From the NCBI RefSeq assembly GCF_000017305.1, contig NC_009664.2, positions 1,050,001 to 1,082,000 of the forward strand: 32,000 nt of DNA. Reading direction: 5' to 3'. This document shows, piece after piece, positions 23,374 through 32,000 of this stretch. The notes below the pieces were generated by a model, which did no database searches, had not been told where the DNA came from, and was given only the letters and a program-made list of their open reading frames with translations. The first letter of the stretch is position 1; each line of letters opens with the position of its first letter. A program made the position numbers and the translations under genes. The DNA comes from Kineococcus radiotolerans SRS30216 = ATCC BAA-149 (GTDB lineage Bacteria > Actinomycetota > Actinomycetes > Actinomycetales > Kineococcaceae).

Positions 23374-24003
23374 TTGAGCACCACCTTCCGGCCCACCGGC
23401 CCGCGCGAGTTCGCCGACCGGTGGGCCGCGGCCCTGCCCGCGGGCGCGCGGGTCGGCGTGGACGGCGCCGTCGACGCCGACACCCGCTGGTACGCCGACC
23501 ACCTCGTCGCGGCCCTGCGGGAGCGGGCGCGTCCGGTCCTCGTCGCGGACTGGTCCGGCTTTTGGCGCCCGCGCTCGCTGCGCTACGAGTTCGGCCGCGA
23601 CGACCCCGACGCCTTCCACGACACCTGGCTCGACGTCGCGGGCCTGTACCGCGAGGTCCTCGACCCCCTCGGCGCGCCGAGCGGACGGTGGTGGGTGCCG
23701 TCGCTGTACGACCCGGCGACCGACCGGGCCTCCCGCGCCCCGCGCCAGGACGTCCCCGACGACGCGGTGCTGGTGTTCGCGGGACCGTTCCTGCTGCGCG
23801 AGGACGTCCGGTGGGGCTTCGACGCCGTGCTGCACCTGTCGACCTCCGACGCCGCGATCCGGCGCCGGGTCCCGGCCGGGGACGCCGACCGGGTGCTCGG
23901 GGGCTGGCGGCGCTACCTGGAGCTCAGCGAGCCCGCCGACCTCGCCACCGCCGTGCTGCGGTGCGAGGACCCCCGCCACCCCGCGGAGCTGCTGCGGCCG
24001 TAG
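23374..24003 (+). CDS. Hypothetical protein, uridine-kinase/P-loop-NTPase-like fold with degenerate P-loop
   Basis: The 209-aa ORF starts with TTG and has protein-like composition (many W/Y/F/D). The segment ARVGVDGAVDADTRWYADHL sits where G-x4-GK[ST] is expected, but the motif is absent. Overlapping frames (23421-24065 plus, 23344-23979 minus) are junk. Confidence 0.6.
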   Translation: MSTTFRPTGPREFADRWAAALPAGARVGVDGAVDADTRWYADHLVAALRERARPVLVADWSGFWRPRSLRYEFGRDDPDAFHDTWLDVAGLYREVLDPLGAPSGRWWVPSLYDPATDRASRAPRQDVPDDAVLVFAGPFLLREDVRWGFDAVLHLSTSDAAIRRRVPAGDADRVLGGWRRYLELSEPADLATAVLRCEDPRHPAELLRP

Positions 24004-24006
24004 CGG

Positions 24007-24981
24007 TCAGGCCCAGGGCCGCTCGTCGGGGACGGGGATCGGGCCGCCGTACCAGGCCTCGATGAGGCGGCGGGCGATGGACACCCCCGGCGGGGGCAGG
24101 ACCCGGCCCGCGGCGAGCTCCTCGGCGAGCTGCGCCCGGCTGAACCAGCGGGCGAGGGCGATCTCGTCGCCGTCGACCTTGATGTCGGTGGTCACCGCCC
24201 GCGCTGCGAACCCCACCATGAGGCTCGCCGGGAACGGCCAGGGCTGGCTGCCCAGGTAGCGCACGTCGTCGGGCTCGGAGCCGACGACGATCCCGGCCTC
24301 CTCGAACGCCTCGCGCCGCACGGTGTCCTCGAAGCACTCCCCCGGCTCCACGAACCCCGCCAGCACCGAGTAGCGGTTCTCCGGCCACACCGGCTGGTGG
24401 CCCAGCAGCAGCTCGTCGTCGGGGGAGATCACGGCCATGATGACCGCGGCGTCGGTGCGGGGGAAGTGCTCCTTGCCGTCGGGCTCGACCTTCACCCAGC
24501 CCGACGAGGCCGGGACCAGCGGCTGACCGGTGCGCGGGGAGAACCGGGTCACCGCGTGCCAGTTGCCCATCGACAGCGCCTCGGTGAACAGCCCCGCGTC
24601 GCGGGCGGGCAACTGCTCCCCGACCTCGCGCAGCCCGCGCCACTCCTCGCCGCCGCCCGCGCCGTCGGTGGTCTCGGGCTCGGCGTCGGGCGAGACGACC
24701 GCGACGTGGTGCACGCCGTCGTCCACGCCGAGGTACAGCTGCAGGTCGTCCGGGCCGGGCGCGGGGACCTCGGCGGGGGCGCGCAGGACCAGCCGCGGGC
24801 CCGCGGGGGTGCTCACCACGGGGGCGCGCCCGGCGTGGACCTGCAGGACCCGGGTGCCCGGGGAGGCCCACAGCTCCGCCAGCCGCGAGGGCGAGACCCG
24901 GTTCACCCCGGCCCGGTCGAGGTGCTGGCGGGACAGCGCCAGGTCGCGCAGCGGAGGGCTCGGGAGGGGCACGGGGGTCAC
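24007..24981 (-). CDS. nudC: NAD+ diphosphatase / NAD-cap decapping Nudix hydrolase NudC (mycobacterial type, no zinc ribbon cysteines)
   Basis: 324 aa from GTG 24979-24981. The Nudix box is AGFVEPGECFEDTVRREAFEEAGI and the NudC-specific SQPWPFPASLM is present. The segment NWHAVTRFSPRTGQPLVPASSGW replaces the E. coli C-x2-C…C-x2-C zinc site, as in M. tuberculosis NudC (memory). Confidence 0.9.
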   Translation of the reverse strand: MTPVPLPSPPLRDLALSRQHLDRAGVNRVSPSRLAELWASPGTRVLQVHAGRAPVVSTPAGPRLVLRAPAEVPAPGPDDLQLYLGVDDGVHHVAVVSPDAEPETTDGAGGGEEWRGLREVGEQLPARDAGLFTEALSMGNWHAVTRFSPRTGQPLVPASSGWVKVEPDGKEHFPRTDAAVIMAVISPDDELLLGHQPVWPENRYSVLAGFVEPGECFEDTVRREAFEEAGIVVGSEPDDVRYLGSQPWPFPASLMVGFAARAVTTDIKVDGDEIALARWFSRAQLAEELAAGRVLPPPGVSIARRLIEAWYGGPIPVPDERPWA

Positions 24982-24987
24982 ACCTGC

Positions 24988-24993
24988 ACCCTA
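24988..24993 (-). promoter_or_regulatory. -10 hexamer TAGGGT positioned for a leaderless nudC mRNA
   Basis: The minus strand reads TAGGGT-gcaggt-GTG(nudC start). The hexamer fits TANNNT with a 6-nt spacer to the start codon. Confidence 0.5.
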
Positions 24994-25010
24994 TGCAGGC
25001 CGCCGCGCAA

Positions 25011-25016
25011 TACCGT
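25011..25016 (+). promoter_or_regulatory. -10 hexamer TACCGT positioned for a leaderless phosphotransferase mRNA
   Basis: The plus strand reads TACCGT-gggggt-GTG(25023). The geometry matches the nudC element, 17 bp away on the other strand. Confidence 0.5.
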
Positions 25017-25022
25017 GGGGGT

Positions 25023-25940
25023 GTGTCCGCCCGCTCCCCCCGTGTCCTCGCCGCCCTCGCCACCGCCGCCGTGCCGGGGCTGGACGTCGTCGCGGCGGGC
25101 CCCACCGACACCGACGGCGCCGACTTCGACGTCGCCGTCGTGGTCGACGCGGAGGGCCGCCGCTTCGTCGTGCGGGCCCCGCGCCGCGCCGCGGCCGCCG
25201 CCGCCCTCGACGCCGAGGTGGAGCTGCTCGCGGGGCTCGTCGAGCCGCTGCCCTTCGCCGTGCCCGAACCCGCCGGCACGCTGGCGCTGCCCGACGGCGG
25301 GCGCTGCGTCGTGCACCGGGAGCTGCCCGGCTCCCCCCTCGACCCCGCCGACCTGCGTCCCGGCCCGGGGCTGGCCGCGTCCATCGGCGCCGGGCTCGCC
25401 GCGCTGCACCAGATCGACGCCGGGGTCTTCGGCGACGCCGGGGTCCCCGTCTACGACGCCGAGGAGTACCGCCGGCGACGGCTGTCCGAGCTGGACCGGG
25501 CCGCCGCCACCGGTCACGTCCCGCCGCGGCTGCTGACCCGCTGGGAGGTCCTCATGGAGGACGTCACCCACTGGCGCTTCGCCGCCACCCCCGTGCACGG
25601 CGACCTCGTCGGGGAGCACGTCCGCACCGACGGCTCCCGGCTCACCGGCATCACCGGCTGGGTCGACGCCAAGATCGCCGACCCGGCCGACGACTTCGCC
25701 TGGCTCGCCGTCGGGGCGGAGCCCGACGCCCTGGAGTCCGTCCTCGAGGCCTACGCCCACGCCCGCCGCGAGCCCCCGGACCCCGACCTGCTCCTGCGCG
25801 CGCGCCTGGCCGGGGAGCTGGCGCTGGCGCGGTGGCTGCTGCTGGGGCTGCGGATCGAGGACGCCTCGATCGTCGAGGACGCCCAGCGGATGCTCGACGA
25901 CCTCGACGCCCACGCCGACTCCACCCCGCTGGGCCCCTGA
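25023..25940 (+). CDS. Aminoglycoside/macrolide-phosphotransferase-family (APH-fold) kinase
   Basis: The Brenner-like motif is PVHGDLVGEHV and the DFG-equivalent region is GITGWVDAKIADPADDFAW. The N-lobe has …FDVAVVVDAEGRRFVVRAP…. I prefer the GTG 25023 start (305 aa) because of the -10 geometry. The track start ATG 24993 (315 aa) is possible. Confidence 0.78.
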   Translation: MSARSPRVLAALATAAVPGLDVVAAGPTDTDGADFDVAVVVDAEGRRFVVRAPRRAAAAAALDAEVELLAGLVEPLPFAVPEPAGTLALPDGGRCVVHRELPGSPLDPADLRPGPGLAASIGAGLAALHQIDAGVFGDAGVPVYDAEEYRRRRLSELDRAAATGHVPPRLLTRWEVLMEDVTHWRFAATPVHGDLVGEHVRTDGSRLTGITGWVDAKIADPADDFAWLAVGAEPDALESVLEAYAHARREPPDPDLLLRARLAGELALARWLLLGLRIEDASIVEDAQRMLDDLDAHADSTPLGP

Positions 25941-25950
25941 GCGGCCCCCG

Positions 25951-26724
25951 GTGCACCTGAGGATCGCCTCCGTCAACGCCGCGTCCGGACGCGACCTGGC
26001 CTCCGGCGCGGTGGACACCTTCGTGCTGACCACCGCCGTCGCGGCGCTGGACGCCGACGTCGTGGCCGTCCAGGAGGTCGACCACCTCCTGCCCCGCAGC
26101 GCCCGCGCGGACCAGACCGCGCTGCTGGCCGCGGCCACCGGCTCCAGCGGCCGCTTCGTCGCCACCGTCCACGGCACCCCCGGGGTGGTGGACGGCTTCA
26201 CCCCCGCCGAGCGGACCGTGCCCGACGAGCCGTCCTACGGCGTCGCGCTGCTGTCGCGGCTGCCCGTCCTGGAGTGGCGGGAGGAGCGGATGGCGCCCGG
26301 CCGGGCCCGGCTGCCGCTGCCCGTGCCCGGCCAGGGGCTGCGGTGGATCCCCGACGAACCCCGCGCCGTCGTCGCCGCGGTCGTGGCCACCGCCGCGGGC
26401 CCGGTGAGCGTCCTGGGGACGCACCTGTCGTTCTCCCCCGCGCGCTCGGTGGCCCAGCTGCGCGCCGTGCGCCGCTTCGCCGCGGAACTGCCCCGCCCCC
26501 TCGTCCTGCTCGGGGACCTCAACCTGCCGCCCGGCGTGGTGCGGCGGGTGCTGCCCTGGCGGGCGCTGGTGACCGGTCCCACGTTCCCCGCCCCCGCGCC
26601 GCGGGTGCAGCTCGACCACGCCCTCGCCGACGGGCTGCCGGCGGAGGCCCGGGTGAGCGCCCGCATCGAACGGGTGGGCGGCAGCGATCACCGCGGCGTC
26701 GTCGTGGACCTCACCTTCGGCTGA
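25951..26724 (+). CDS. Endonuclease/exonuclease/phosphatase (EEP) family protein
   Basis: 257 aa from GTG 25951, 10 nt after the preceding stop. EEP motifs are …IASVNA…, DVVAVQEV, LLGDLNL and the C-terminal SDHRGVVVDL. Confidence 0.8.
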   Translation: MHLRIASVNAASGRDLASGAVDTFVLTTAVAALDADVVAVQEVDHLLPRSARADQTALLAAATGSSGRFVATVHGTPGVVDGFTPAERTVPDEPSYGVALLSRLPVLEWREERMAPGRARLPLPVPGQGLRWIPDEPRAVVAAVVATAAGPVSVLGTHLSFSPARSVAQLRAVRRFAAELPRPLVLLGDLNLPPGVVRRVLPWRALVTGPTFPAPAPRVQLDHALADGLPAEARVSARIERVGGSDHRGVVVDLTFG

Positions 26725-27440
26725 GAGCCCTGGGCGGGCACCCCGGGCCGCACCGGCGCACGCTCCGGGACCGGACCACCCCGGCCACCCGCGTACACGT
26801 CGACGTACTCCTGCCCCGAGAGCGCCCGGATCGCGGCCTGCACCTCGTCGGTGACGGCCCTGAGCACCAGCGGGTCGTCCTGCCCGCCCGCGTGGCCGCT
26901 GACGTCCAGGGGCTCGCCGATGCGAACCCGCACCCGGCGGATCCGCGGAACCCTGGTCCGGCGGAACAGCGCGTCGGTGCCGATCACCGCCACCGGCAGC
27001 ACCGGCAGCTCCGAGGCCAGCGCGATCCGGGCGATCCCGGTCCGCCCCCGGTGGAGGCGGCCGTCGGGGGACCGGGTCCCCTCGGTGAACACGCCGAAGA
27101 CCCGTCCCGCCCGCAGCGCCGCCACCGCCGCGTCGAGGCCGGCCTGCGCGGCGAGGCCACCGGAGCGGTCCACGGGCAGCATCCCCACCCCGCGCACGAA
27201 CCCGGCCACGAGACGACCCCGCAGCCCGCGCCCGTGGAACAGGTCGGCCTTGGCGATGAACGAGACCTGCCGGGGCAGCACCACCGGGAGGAACACCGGG
27301 TCCATCATCGACAGGTGGTTGCAGGCCAGGAGGGCCGGACCGGTGGGAGGCAGGTTCTCCAGCCCCTCGACCACGGGCCGGTACAGCAGCCGGCAGACCG
27401 GACCCACGAGCACGTCCGTCATCAGTCGGTACAGCTGCAT
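26688..27440 (-). CDS. 1-acyl-sn-glycerol-3-phosphate acyltransferase (PlsC family)
   Basis: 250 aa from ATG 27438-27440. The HX4D motif is ACNHLSMMDP and block III is VFTEGTRS. Its 3' end overlaps the convergent EEP gene by 37 nt. The upstream part of the 392-aa track ORF is junk. Confidence 0.82.
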   Translation of the reverse strand: MQLYRLMTDVLVGPVCRLLYRPVVEGLENLPPTGPALLACNHLSMMDPVFLPVVLPRQVSFIAKADLFHGRGLRGRLVAGFVRGVGMLPVDRSGGLAAQAGLDAAVAALRAGRVFGVFTEGTRSPDGRLHRGRTGIARIALASELPVLPVAVIGTDALFRRTRVPRIRRVRVRIGEPLDVSGHAGGQDDPLVLRAVTDEVQAAIRALSGQEYVDVYAGGRGGPVPERAPVRPGVPAQGSQPKVRSTTTPR

Positions 27441-27514
27441 CCCGCGCTCCCCCCGCCCGGCACCGGCCCCGGGGCCGGGGTGGGTCCGCGCGGAGATGGT
27501 GGCACACCCCGGGG

Positions 27515-30500
27515 CTACGCCGGCGGCACCGACCGCACCAGCCGCTCCAGGTCCTCCGCGCCGAGGAGGTCCACCGGGCGCACCGTCTCCCCCGTGGAGG
27601 CGTAGAAGAACGCCGCGCTGACGTCCTCCAGCGGCACCCCGCGCCAGCGCGACCAGGCCAGGCGGTAGACCGCGAGCTGCACGTCGCGGGCCCGGGCCGC
27701 CTCCCCCTCCGGGGGCCGGCCCGTCTTCCAGTCCACGACGTCCCAGCGGGTGCGCCCGTCGGCGCCGACGGCGGCGAAGACGGCGTCGACGCGCCCGCGC
27801 ACGACGAGGTCCGCGACGGGGGTCTCCACCGACACCTCGACGGCCACCGGGTCGCGCGCGGCCCACTCCGAGGCCAGGAACCGGCGCTGCAGGGCCTCCA
27901 GCTCGGCGTCGTCGGCGGCGTCCTCGTCAGCGGACCCGGGTAGGTCGACGAGGTCGAGCAGGGAGCTGGCGGTGAAGCGCTGCTCCAGCCAGGCGTGGAA
28001 CGCGGTGCCCCGCCGGGTCGCGGGCCGCGGCTCCTGCGGCACCGGGCGGCGCAGCTGCAGGGCGAGCGCGTCGGGGTCCTGGGCCAGCGTCACCAGCCGC
28101 GAGGCGGACAGGTGCGCGGGCAGCAGCACCCCGGGCGCGTCGTGCGCGGTGGCGCGCTCGGTGAGGAGCAGGCGGCTCTGCTCGGCCCAGGCCGCGGTCT
28201 CCTCGTCCACGGCCCCGCCCTCGGGTCCACCGGCCTCGGGGCCAGCCGCCCCACCGGCCGCCCGCTCCGCCATCGCCGCCCGGACCAGGGCGGCCCCGGC
28301 GGCGACCTCCACCCGGCGCGAGGCCAGCGGGTCCACCGGCCACACCACCCGCTGCGGGTTCGCGGTGCGCGGGTTCGGAGCCCCCGGTTCCGGCGCCGGG
28401 GCGGGCGGGACCACGACGAGACCGGGGACCGCACCCCGCGGGGCCTCGAGGACCTCGCGCAGGAACCGGGAGGGTTCGCGCGGCTTCGCCGCGTCGTCCC
28501 AGTGCGCACCGGAGAGGAGCAGCTCCTCCTTGGCGCGGGTGAAGGCGACGTAGGCCAGCCGCCGCTCCTCGGCGAGCTGGTGCTGCCCGCACGCCTCGAG
28601 GAAGCGCTGGCGGGCGGTGTCGAGCTCCTTCTGGGTCCCGGCGCCCTCGACGTCGAAGCGCGGCAGGCCCTCCCGGTCCCCGCGCAGCGGGTAGGGCAGC
28701 ACCCCCAGCGCGCCCGACCCGCCGAGCCAGCCGGGGTCGGTCTCGCCGGAGGCGGGGAACGTCCTCTCCACCAGGCCGGGGACGGCCACGACGTCCCACT
28801 CCAGGCCCTTGCTGGCGTGCACGGTGAGCAGCTGCACGGCGTCCGTGGACACCTCGGAGGCGCCCTGCTCCAGACCCCGCTCGCGCACCTCCGCGGCATC
28901 CAGCCAGGCCAGGAACCCGCCCAGCCCCGGGCGCTGCGACCCCGCCGAGAACGACGCCGCGGCGTCGGCGAGGGCGTCGAGGTTGGCGCGGGCGGAGGCC
29001 GGGGAGCTGCCCGGGCGGGCCGCGACCTCGACGTCGAGCAGCAGAGCCCGCTCGACCTCCCCGACCAGGTCCGGCACGGGCAGGTGGGTGCGGTTGCGCA
29101 GCCGGCGCAGCACCGCGGCCAGCCGGGACAGCCGGGCGTGCGCCCGGGGGGAGAGGCTCCGGCCGTCCGGGCCGCTCCACCCGGCCCCGGGGAGGTCGTC
29201 GAGGGCCTCGACGAGGCTCACGGCCTCGACCTCGTCGGGGAGGACGAGGGGCTCCTCCCCCGGTTCGTGCGGGTCGGGGGGCAGCCCGGCGCGCCGGTGC
29301 TGGAGGTGGCGGGCCCAGGCGCCCAGCGCGGCGAGGTCGCGCGCCCCCAGGCGCCACCGGGCCCCGGTGAGCAGCCGGGCGAGGTGGTCGCCGCGGGCCG
29401 GGTCGTGCAGGACGTGCAGGGTCGCCACGACGTCGGCGACCTCCGGGGTGGTCAGCAACCCGCCCAGGCCGACGACCTCGACGGGCAGCCCCGCGTCGCG
29501 CAGCGCCCGCTGCAGCACCGTGAACTGGCTGCGCTTGCGGCACAGCACGGCCGCGGTGCGCCGGGGGCGGGGGTCGGCGCCGGGGACGCGGCGCTGGACG
29601 GCGAGGCGCTCGGAGTCCGCGCGCCACACCTCCGCCAGCCGCGCGGCGACCTCGGCGGCCTCCTCCTCGACGGTGGCGGAGAAGGCCGCGCGGACCCGGC
29701 CCGTGCCCGCCCCCGGGCGGGGGCGCAGGACGGCGACCGCACCGGCCCCCGGGGCGGCGTTCAGCGGGGCGGCGACGAGGTTGGCGGCGGCCAGGACCGC
29801 CTCGTCGTTGCGCCAGCTCGTGGCCAGCGGCAGCCGCGCGGCCGGGGTGCCGTCGGCGCGGGGGAAGTGCCCGGGGAAGCGCCCGAGGTTGCCCGCGCTC
29901 GCCCCGCGCCAGCCGTAGATGGACTGGTGGGGGTCGCCCACGGCCGTCACCGGGTGGCCGGCGCCGAACAGCGCGCGCAGCAGCATCAGCTGCGCGTAGG
30001 AGGTGTCCTGGTACTCGTCGAGCAGGACGACCCGGTGCCGGGCCCGCTCCCCCGCCGCGACCGCGGGGACCTCGCGGGCCAGCCGGGCCGCGAGGAGGAC
30101 CTGGTCGCCGAAGTCGAGCTGCTCGGCGTCGCGCTTGCGGCGCACGTACTCCTCCAGCAGCGGCACCACCGCCTTCCGGGCCCGCTGCACCGCCAGCAGG
30201 TCGCGCACCTTCGCGTACGGCTCCCCCGGGACGTGGGCCCCGAGCTTGGCGACGCTGCGGTCGTCCTTGGGCAGCGCGCGGACCCGGGTCTCGAGGTCGT
30301 CGACGAAGGAGACCAGCTCCCCGGGGTCGACGAGGTGCTCGGCGCACTCCCCCGCCAGCTGCACCAGCGCGGCGGCCAGCGTGCTCGGCGCGGCCTCCAC
30401 CCCGGGCAGGTCCCCCAGCCAGGACTCCACGACGTCGGAGGCGAGCTGCCAGGCCCCGGCGTCGGAGAGCACCGTGGACTGCGGCTCCACGCCCAGGCGC

Positions 30501-30901
30501 AGGCCGTGGTCGGTCACCAGGGAGGCGGCGTAGGCGTGGTACGTCGACACCACAGGTTCCCCGTCACCGAGACCGTGGGGGCCGTCGGCGCCGGCCCCGG
30601 GCGCGGGGGCCGGGCCCAGCCCGACCGCCCGCAGCCCGCGCAGGCGGCGGCGGACGCGCTCGGCGAGCTCGCCGGCGGCCTTGCGGGTGAAGGTCAGCCC
30701 CAGCACGTCCTCGGGGGCGACGAGCTCGTTGGCGACCAGCCACACCACCCGCGAGGACATCGTCTCCGTCTTGCCCGATCCCGCGCCGGCGACGACGAGC
30801 ACCGGCTCGACCGGGGCCTCGATGACGGCGACCTGCTCGGGCGTGGGGGTGGGCCGACCCAGGCGCTGGGCGATCTCGACCGCGCTCAGCCGGGCGCTCA
30901 C
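27515..30901 (-). CDS. adnB: AdnB, helicase-nuclease subunit of the AdnAB double-strand-break resection motor
   Basis: 1128 aa from GTG 30899-30901 with a GAGGAGGAGGG SD. The start overlaps the adnA stop as GTGA. The UvrD-like motor has VVAGAGSGKT and LLDEYQDTS. The C-terminal RecB-type nuclease has …GRVDAVF…WDVVDWKTG…. Confidence 0.9.
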   Translation of the reverse strand: MSARLSAVEIAQRLGRPTPTPEQVAVIEAPVEPVLVVAGAGSGKTETMSSRVVWLVANELVAPEDVLGLTFTRKAAGELAERVRRRLRGLRAVGLGPAPAPGAGADGPHGLGDGEPVVSTYHAYAASLVTDHGLRLGVEPQSTVLSDAGAWQLASDVVESWLGDLPGVEAAPSTLAAALVQLAGECAEHLVDPGELVSFVDDLETRVRALPKDDRSVAKLGAHVPGEPYAKVRDLLAVQRARKAVVPLLEEYVRRKRDAEQLDFGDQVLLAARLAREVPAVAAGERARHRVVLLDEYQDTSYAQLMLLRALFGAGHPVTAVGDPHQSIYGWRGASAGNLGRFPGHFPRADGTPAARLPLATSWRNDEAVLAAANLVAAPLNAAPGAGAVAVLRPRPGAGTGRVRAAFSATVEEEAAEVAARLAEVWRADSERLAVQRRVPGADPRPRRTAAVLCRKRSQFTVLQRALRDAGLPVEVVGLGGLLTTPEVADVVATLHVLHDPARGDHLARLLTGARWRLGARDLAALGAWARHLQHRRAGLPPDPHEPGEEPLVLPDEVEAVSLVEALDDLPGAGWSGPDGRSLSPRAHARLSRLAAVLRRLRNRTHLPVPDLVGEVERALLLDVEVAARPGSSPASARANLDALADAAASFSAGSQRPGLGGFLAWLDAAEVRERGLEQGASEVSTDAVQLLTVHASKGLEWDVVAVPGLVERTFPASGETDPGWLGGSGALGVLPYPLRGDREGLPRFDVEGAGTQKELDTARQRFLEACGQHQLAEERRLAYVAFTRAKEELLLSGAHWDDAAKPREPSRFLREVLEAPRGAVPGLVVVPPAPAPEPGAPNPRTANPQRVVWPVDPLASRRVEVAAGAALVRAAMAERAAGGAAGPEAGGPEGGAVDEETAAWAEQSRLLLTERATAHDAPGVLLPAHLSASRLVTLAQDPDALALQLRRPVPQEPRPATRRGTAFHAWLEQRFTASSLLDLVDLPGSADEDAADDAELEALQRRFLASEWAARDPVAVEVSVETPVADLVVRGRVDAVFAAVGADGRTRWDVVDWKTGRPPEGEAARARDVQLAVYRLAWSRWRGVPLEDVSAAFFYASTGETVRPVDLLGAEDLERLVRSVPPA

Positions 30902-32000
30902 CGGCCCTCCTCCTCGACGACGCTGCGGCCGGCCTCCTGGGCCGGGCAGCTGCTCAGCACCGGGCAGGACCCGCAGTACGGCCCCACCACGGCCTCGAAG
31001 CGCCCCGCGGCCATCCCCTCGGCGGCCCGGGCGAGCAGGTCGGCCGCCCAGCCGGGGTCGTCGTCCTCGTCGAGGGCGCGCTGGTGCTGCACGGGGGCCT
31101 TCTTCTGGGTGCCGCCGAGCTGGACGAGCACCGCGCCCCCCGTGCCGGTGGGGCCGGTGGGCGGGGCGGGGAAGGCGCCCTCCTGCGCGGCGAGCTGGTA
31201 GACGCCCAGCTGGGGGGACCGCTCCACCTCGGCGCGGGAGGGCTGGACCTTGCCGGTCTTGAGGTCGACGACGACCGCGCGGCCCTCGGCGTCGCGCTCG
31301 AGGCGGTCCACCCGGCCGCGGACGCGGGCCCGCCCGACCTGGACGTCGACGTCGAGCTCGACCCCGACCAGCGTCCGGCCCTCGGCGCGGGCGTCGCGGT
31401 GGTACTCGGCCAGCTTGTCGACCATCCGCAGCGCCCGGGCGCGCGCGGTCTCGGCGACCCAGCCGTCGGGCAGGCCCAGGGTGGGCCACAGCAGGTCCAG
31501 CCGGCGCCGCAGCTCGAACGCGTCGGCCTCCGGGGCCTCGGAGGCGATGCGGTGAACGAGGTTGCCGATCGCCTGGCCCGTGGAGTCGCCCGGTCGCGCG
31601 CCGGAGCTCTCCAGCAGCCAGCGCAGGCCGCAGCGCTCGAAGCTCTCCACCCGCGAGGGGGACACGGGGACCTCCTCGCCGGGGCCGCGCAGCGCGCCGT
31701 CGTCGGTGAGCTCCTGCACGCCGTACCACTCCGAGGGGTCCGCCCCCGCGACCCCGGCCGCGGCGAGCTCGGCCAGCCGGGCCGCCGCGGCCGCCCTGCG
31801 CTGCGGGGTCTCGACCGCGTCCGGCGCGCAGACGACCTGCCGCAACCGGGCCACCAGCGCCGGCAGGGACACCGCCCGCGGGACCGTCGCGAGCCCGGGC
31901 TCCTCCTCCTCGTCGGCGCGGGTCCGCAGCCCCGCGGCGTCGGCGACGACGTCGAGGAAGGCCGAGGGCCGCTCGTCCTCGTCGCGCACGGCGGTGACCA
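30898..32000 (-). CDS. adnA: AdnA, C-terminal part (RecB-type nuclease domain with Fe-S cysteines); the 5' end lies beyond the right edge
   Basis: The frame is open to the window end. The nuclease motif is …GRVDRLERDAEGRAVVVDLKTGK…QLGVYQLA…. The four Cys are ERCGLRW… and …CGSCPVLSSCP. It sits immediately upstream of, and coupled to, adnB. Confidence 0.85.
   Translation of the reverse strand, partial: VTAVRDEDERPSAFLDVVADAAGLRTRADEEEEPGLATVPRAVSLPALVARLRQVVCAPDAVETPQRRAAAAARLAELAAAGVAGADPSEWYGVQELTDDGALRGPGEEVPVSPSRVESFERCGLRWLLESSGARPGDSTGQAIGNLVHRIASEAPEADAFELRRRLDLLWPTLGLPDGWVAETARARALRMVDKLAEYHRDARAEGRTLVGVELDVDVQVGRARVRGRVDRLERDAEGRAVVVDLKTGKVQPSRAEVERSPQLGVYQLAAQEGAFPAPPTGPTGTGGAVLVQLGGTQKKAPVQHQRALDEDDDPGWAADLLARAAEGMAAGRFEAVVGPYCGSCPVLSSCPAQEAGRSVVEEEGR

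Noticed and set aside
24993-25022. ATG 24993 as the start of the phosphotransferase
   Set aside because: It would lie 11 nt from the divergent nudC start and inside the predicted nudC -10, with no SD or -10 of its own. GTG 25023 has proper leaderless-promoter geometry. The ATG is kept as an alternative only.
27927-31201. 806-aa (minus) and 1068-aa (plus) ORFs overlapping adnB, and the 276 codons upstream of GTG 30901 in the 1404-aa ORF
   Set aside because: Shadow composition. The adnB start is fixed by the strong SD and the GTGA coupling to adnA. The upstream codons are an out-of-frame read through adnA.

Overview
Very GC-rich (well above 70 % by eye), densely coding actinobacterial chromosome segment. 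I found no transposase, integrase, phage gene or CRISPR array. From about 6.0 kb to the right edge, the gene content matches (from memory) the conserved actinobacterial block known as Rv3193c-Rv3202c in M. tuberculosis: UPF0182 membrane protein, PDZ/Lon-like protease, zincin-like protein, E1/ThiF-like protein, DUF5679 zinc ribbon, whiB7, uvrD2, mycoredoxin, nudC, adnB and adnA. A xylFGH plus ROK-regulator sugar-uptake operon interrupts this block. The left 6 kb carries a partial NarL-type sensor kinase, a DedA/VTT-like membrane protein, a translationally coupled Hen1-Pnkp RNA-repair cassette, and directly upstream of it on the same strand two tandem initiator tRNA(fMet) genes. Each tRNA gene has its own promoter and trailing hairpin. 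Most very long ORFs in the six-frame track are Arg/Pro/Gly/Ala-rich shadow frames typical of high-GC DNA and are rejected. I do not see a clear-cut, wholly undescribed multi-gene system. The best candidates for a second look are: (1) the Hen1-Pnkp cassette physically, and possibly transcriptionally, linked to initiator tRNA genes; (2) the whiB7 leader, with an AT-patch promoter, an 84-codon uORF and an intrinsic-terminator attenuator; (3) an orphan degenerate E1/cyclodehydratase-docking-like protein next to a 52-aa zinc ribbon; (4) a PafBC/RecA-NDp-like motif and nested palindromes in the uvrD2/mycoredoxin divergent region; (5) back-to-back leaderless promoters for nudC and a phosphotransferase. 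All functional calls rest on motifs read from the translations and on remembered family knowledge. No database search was run.
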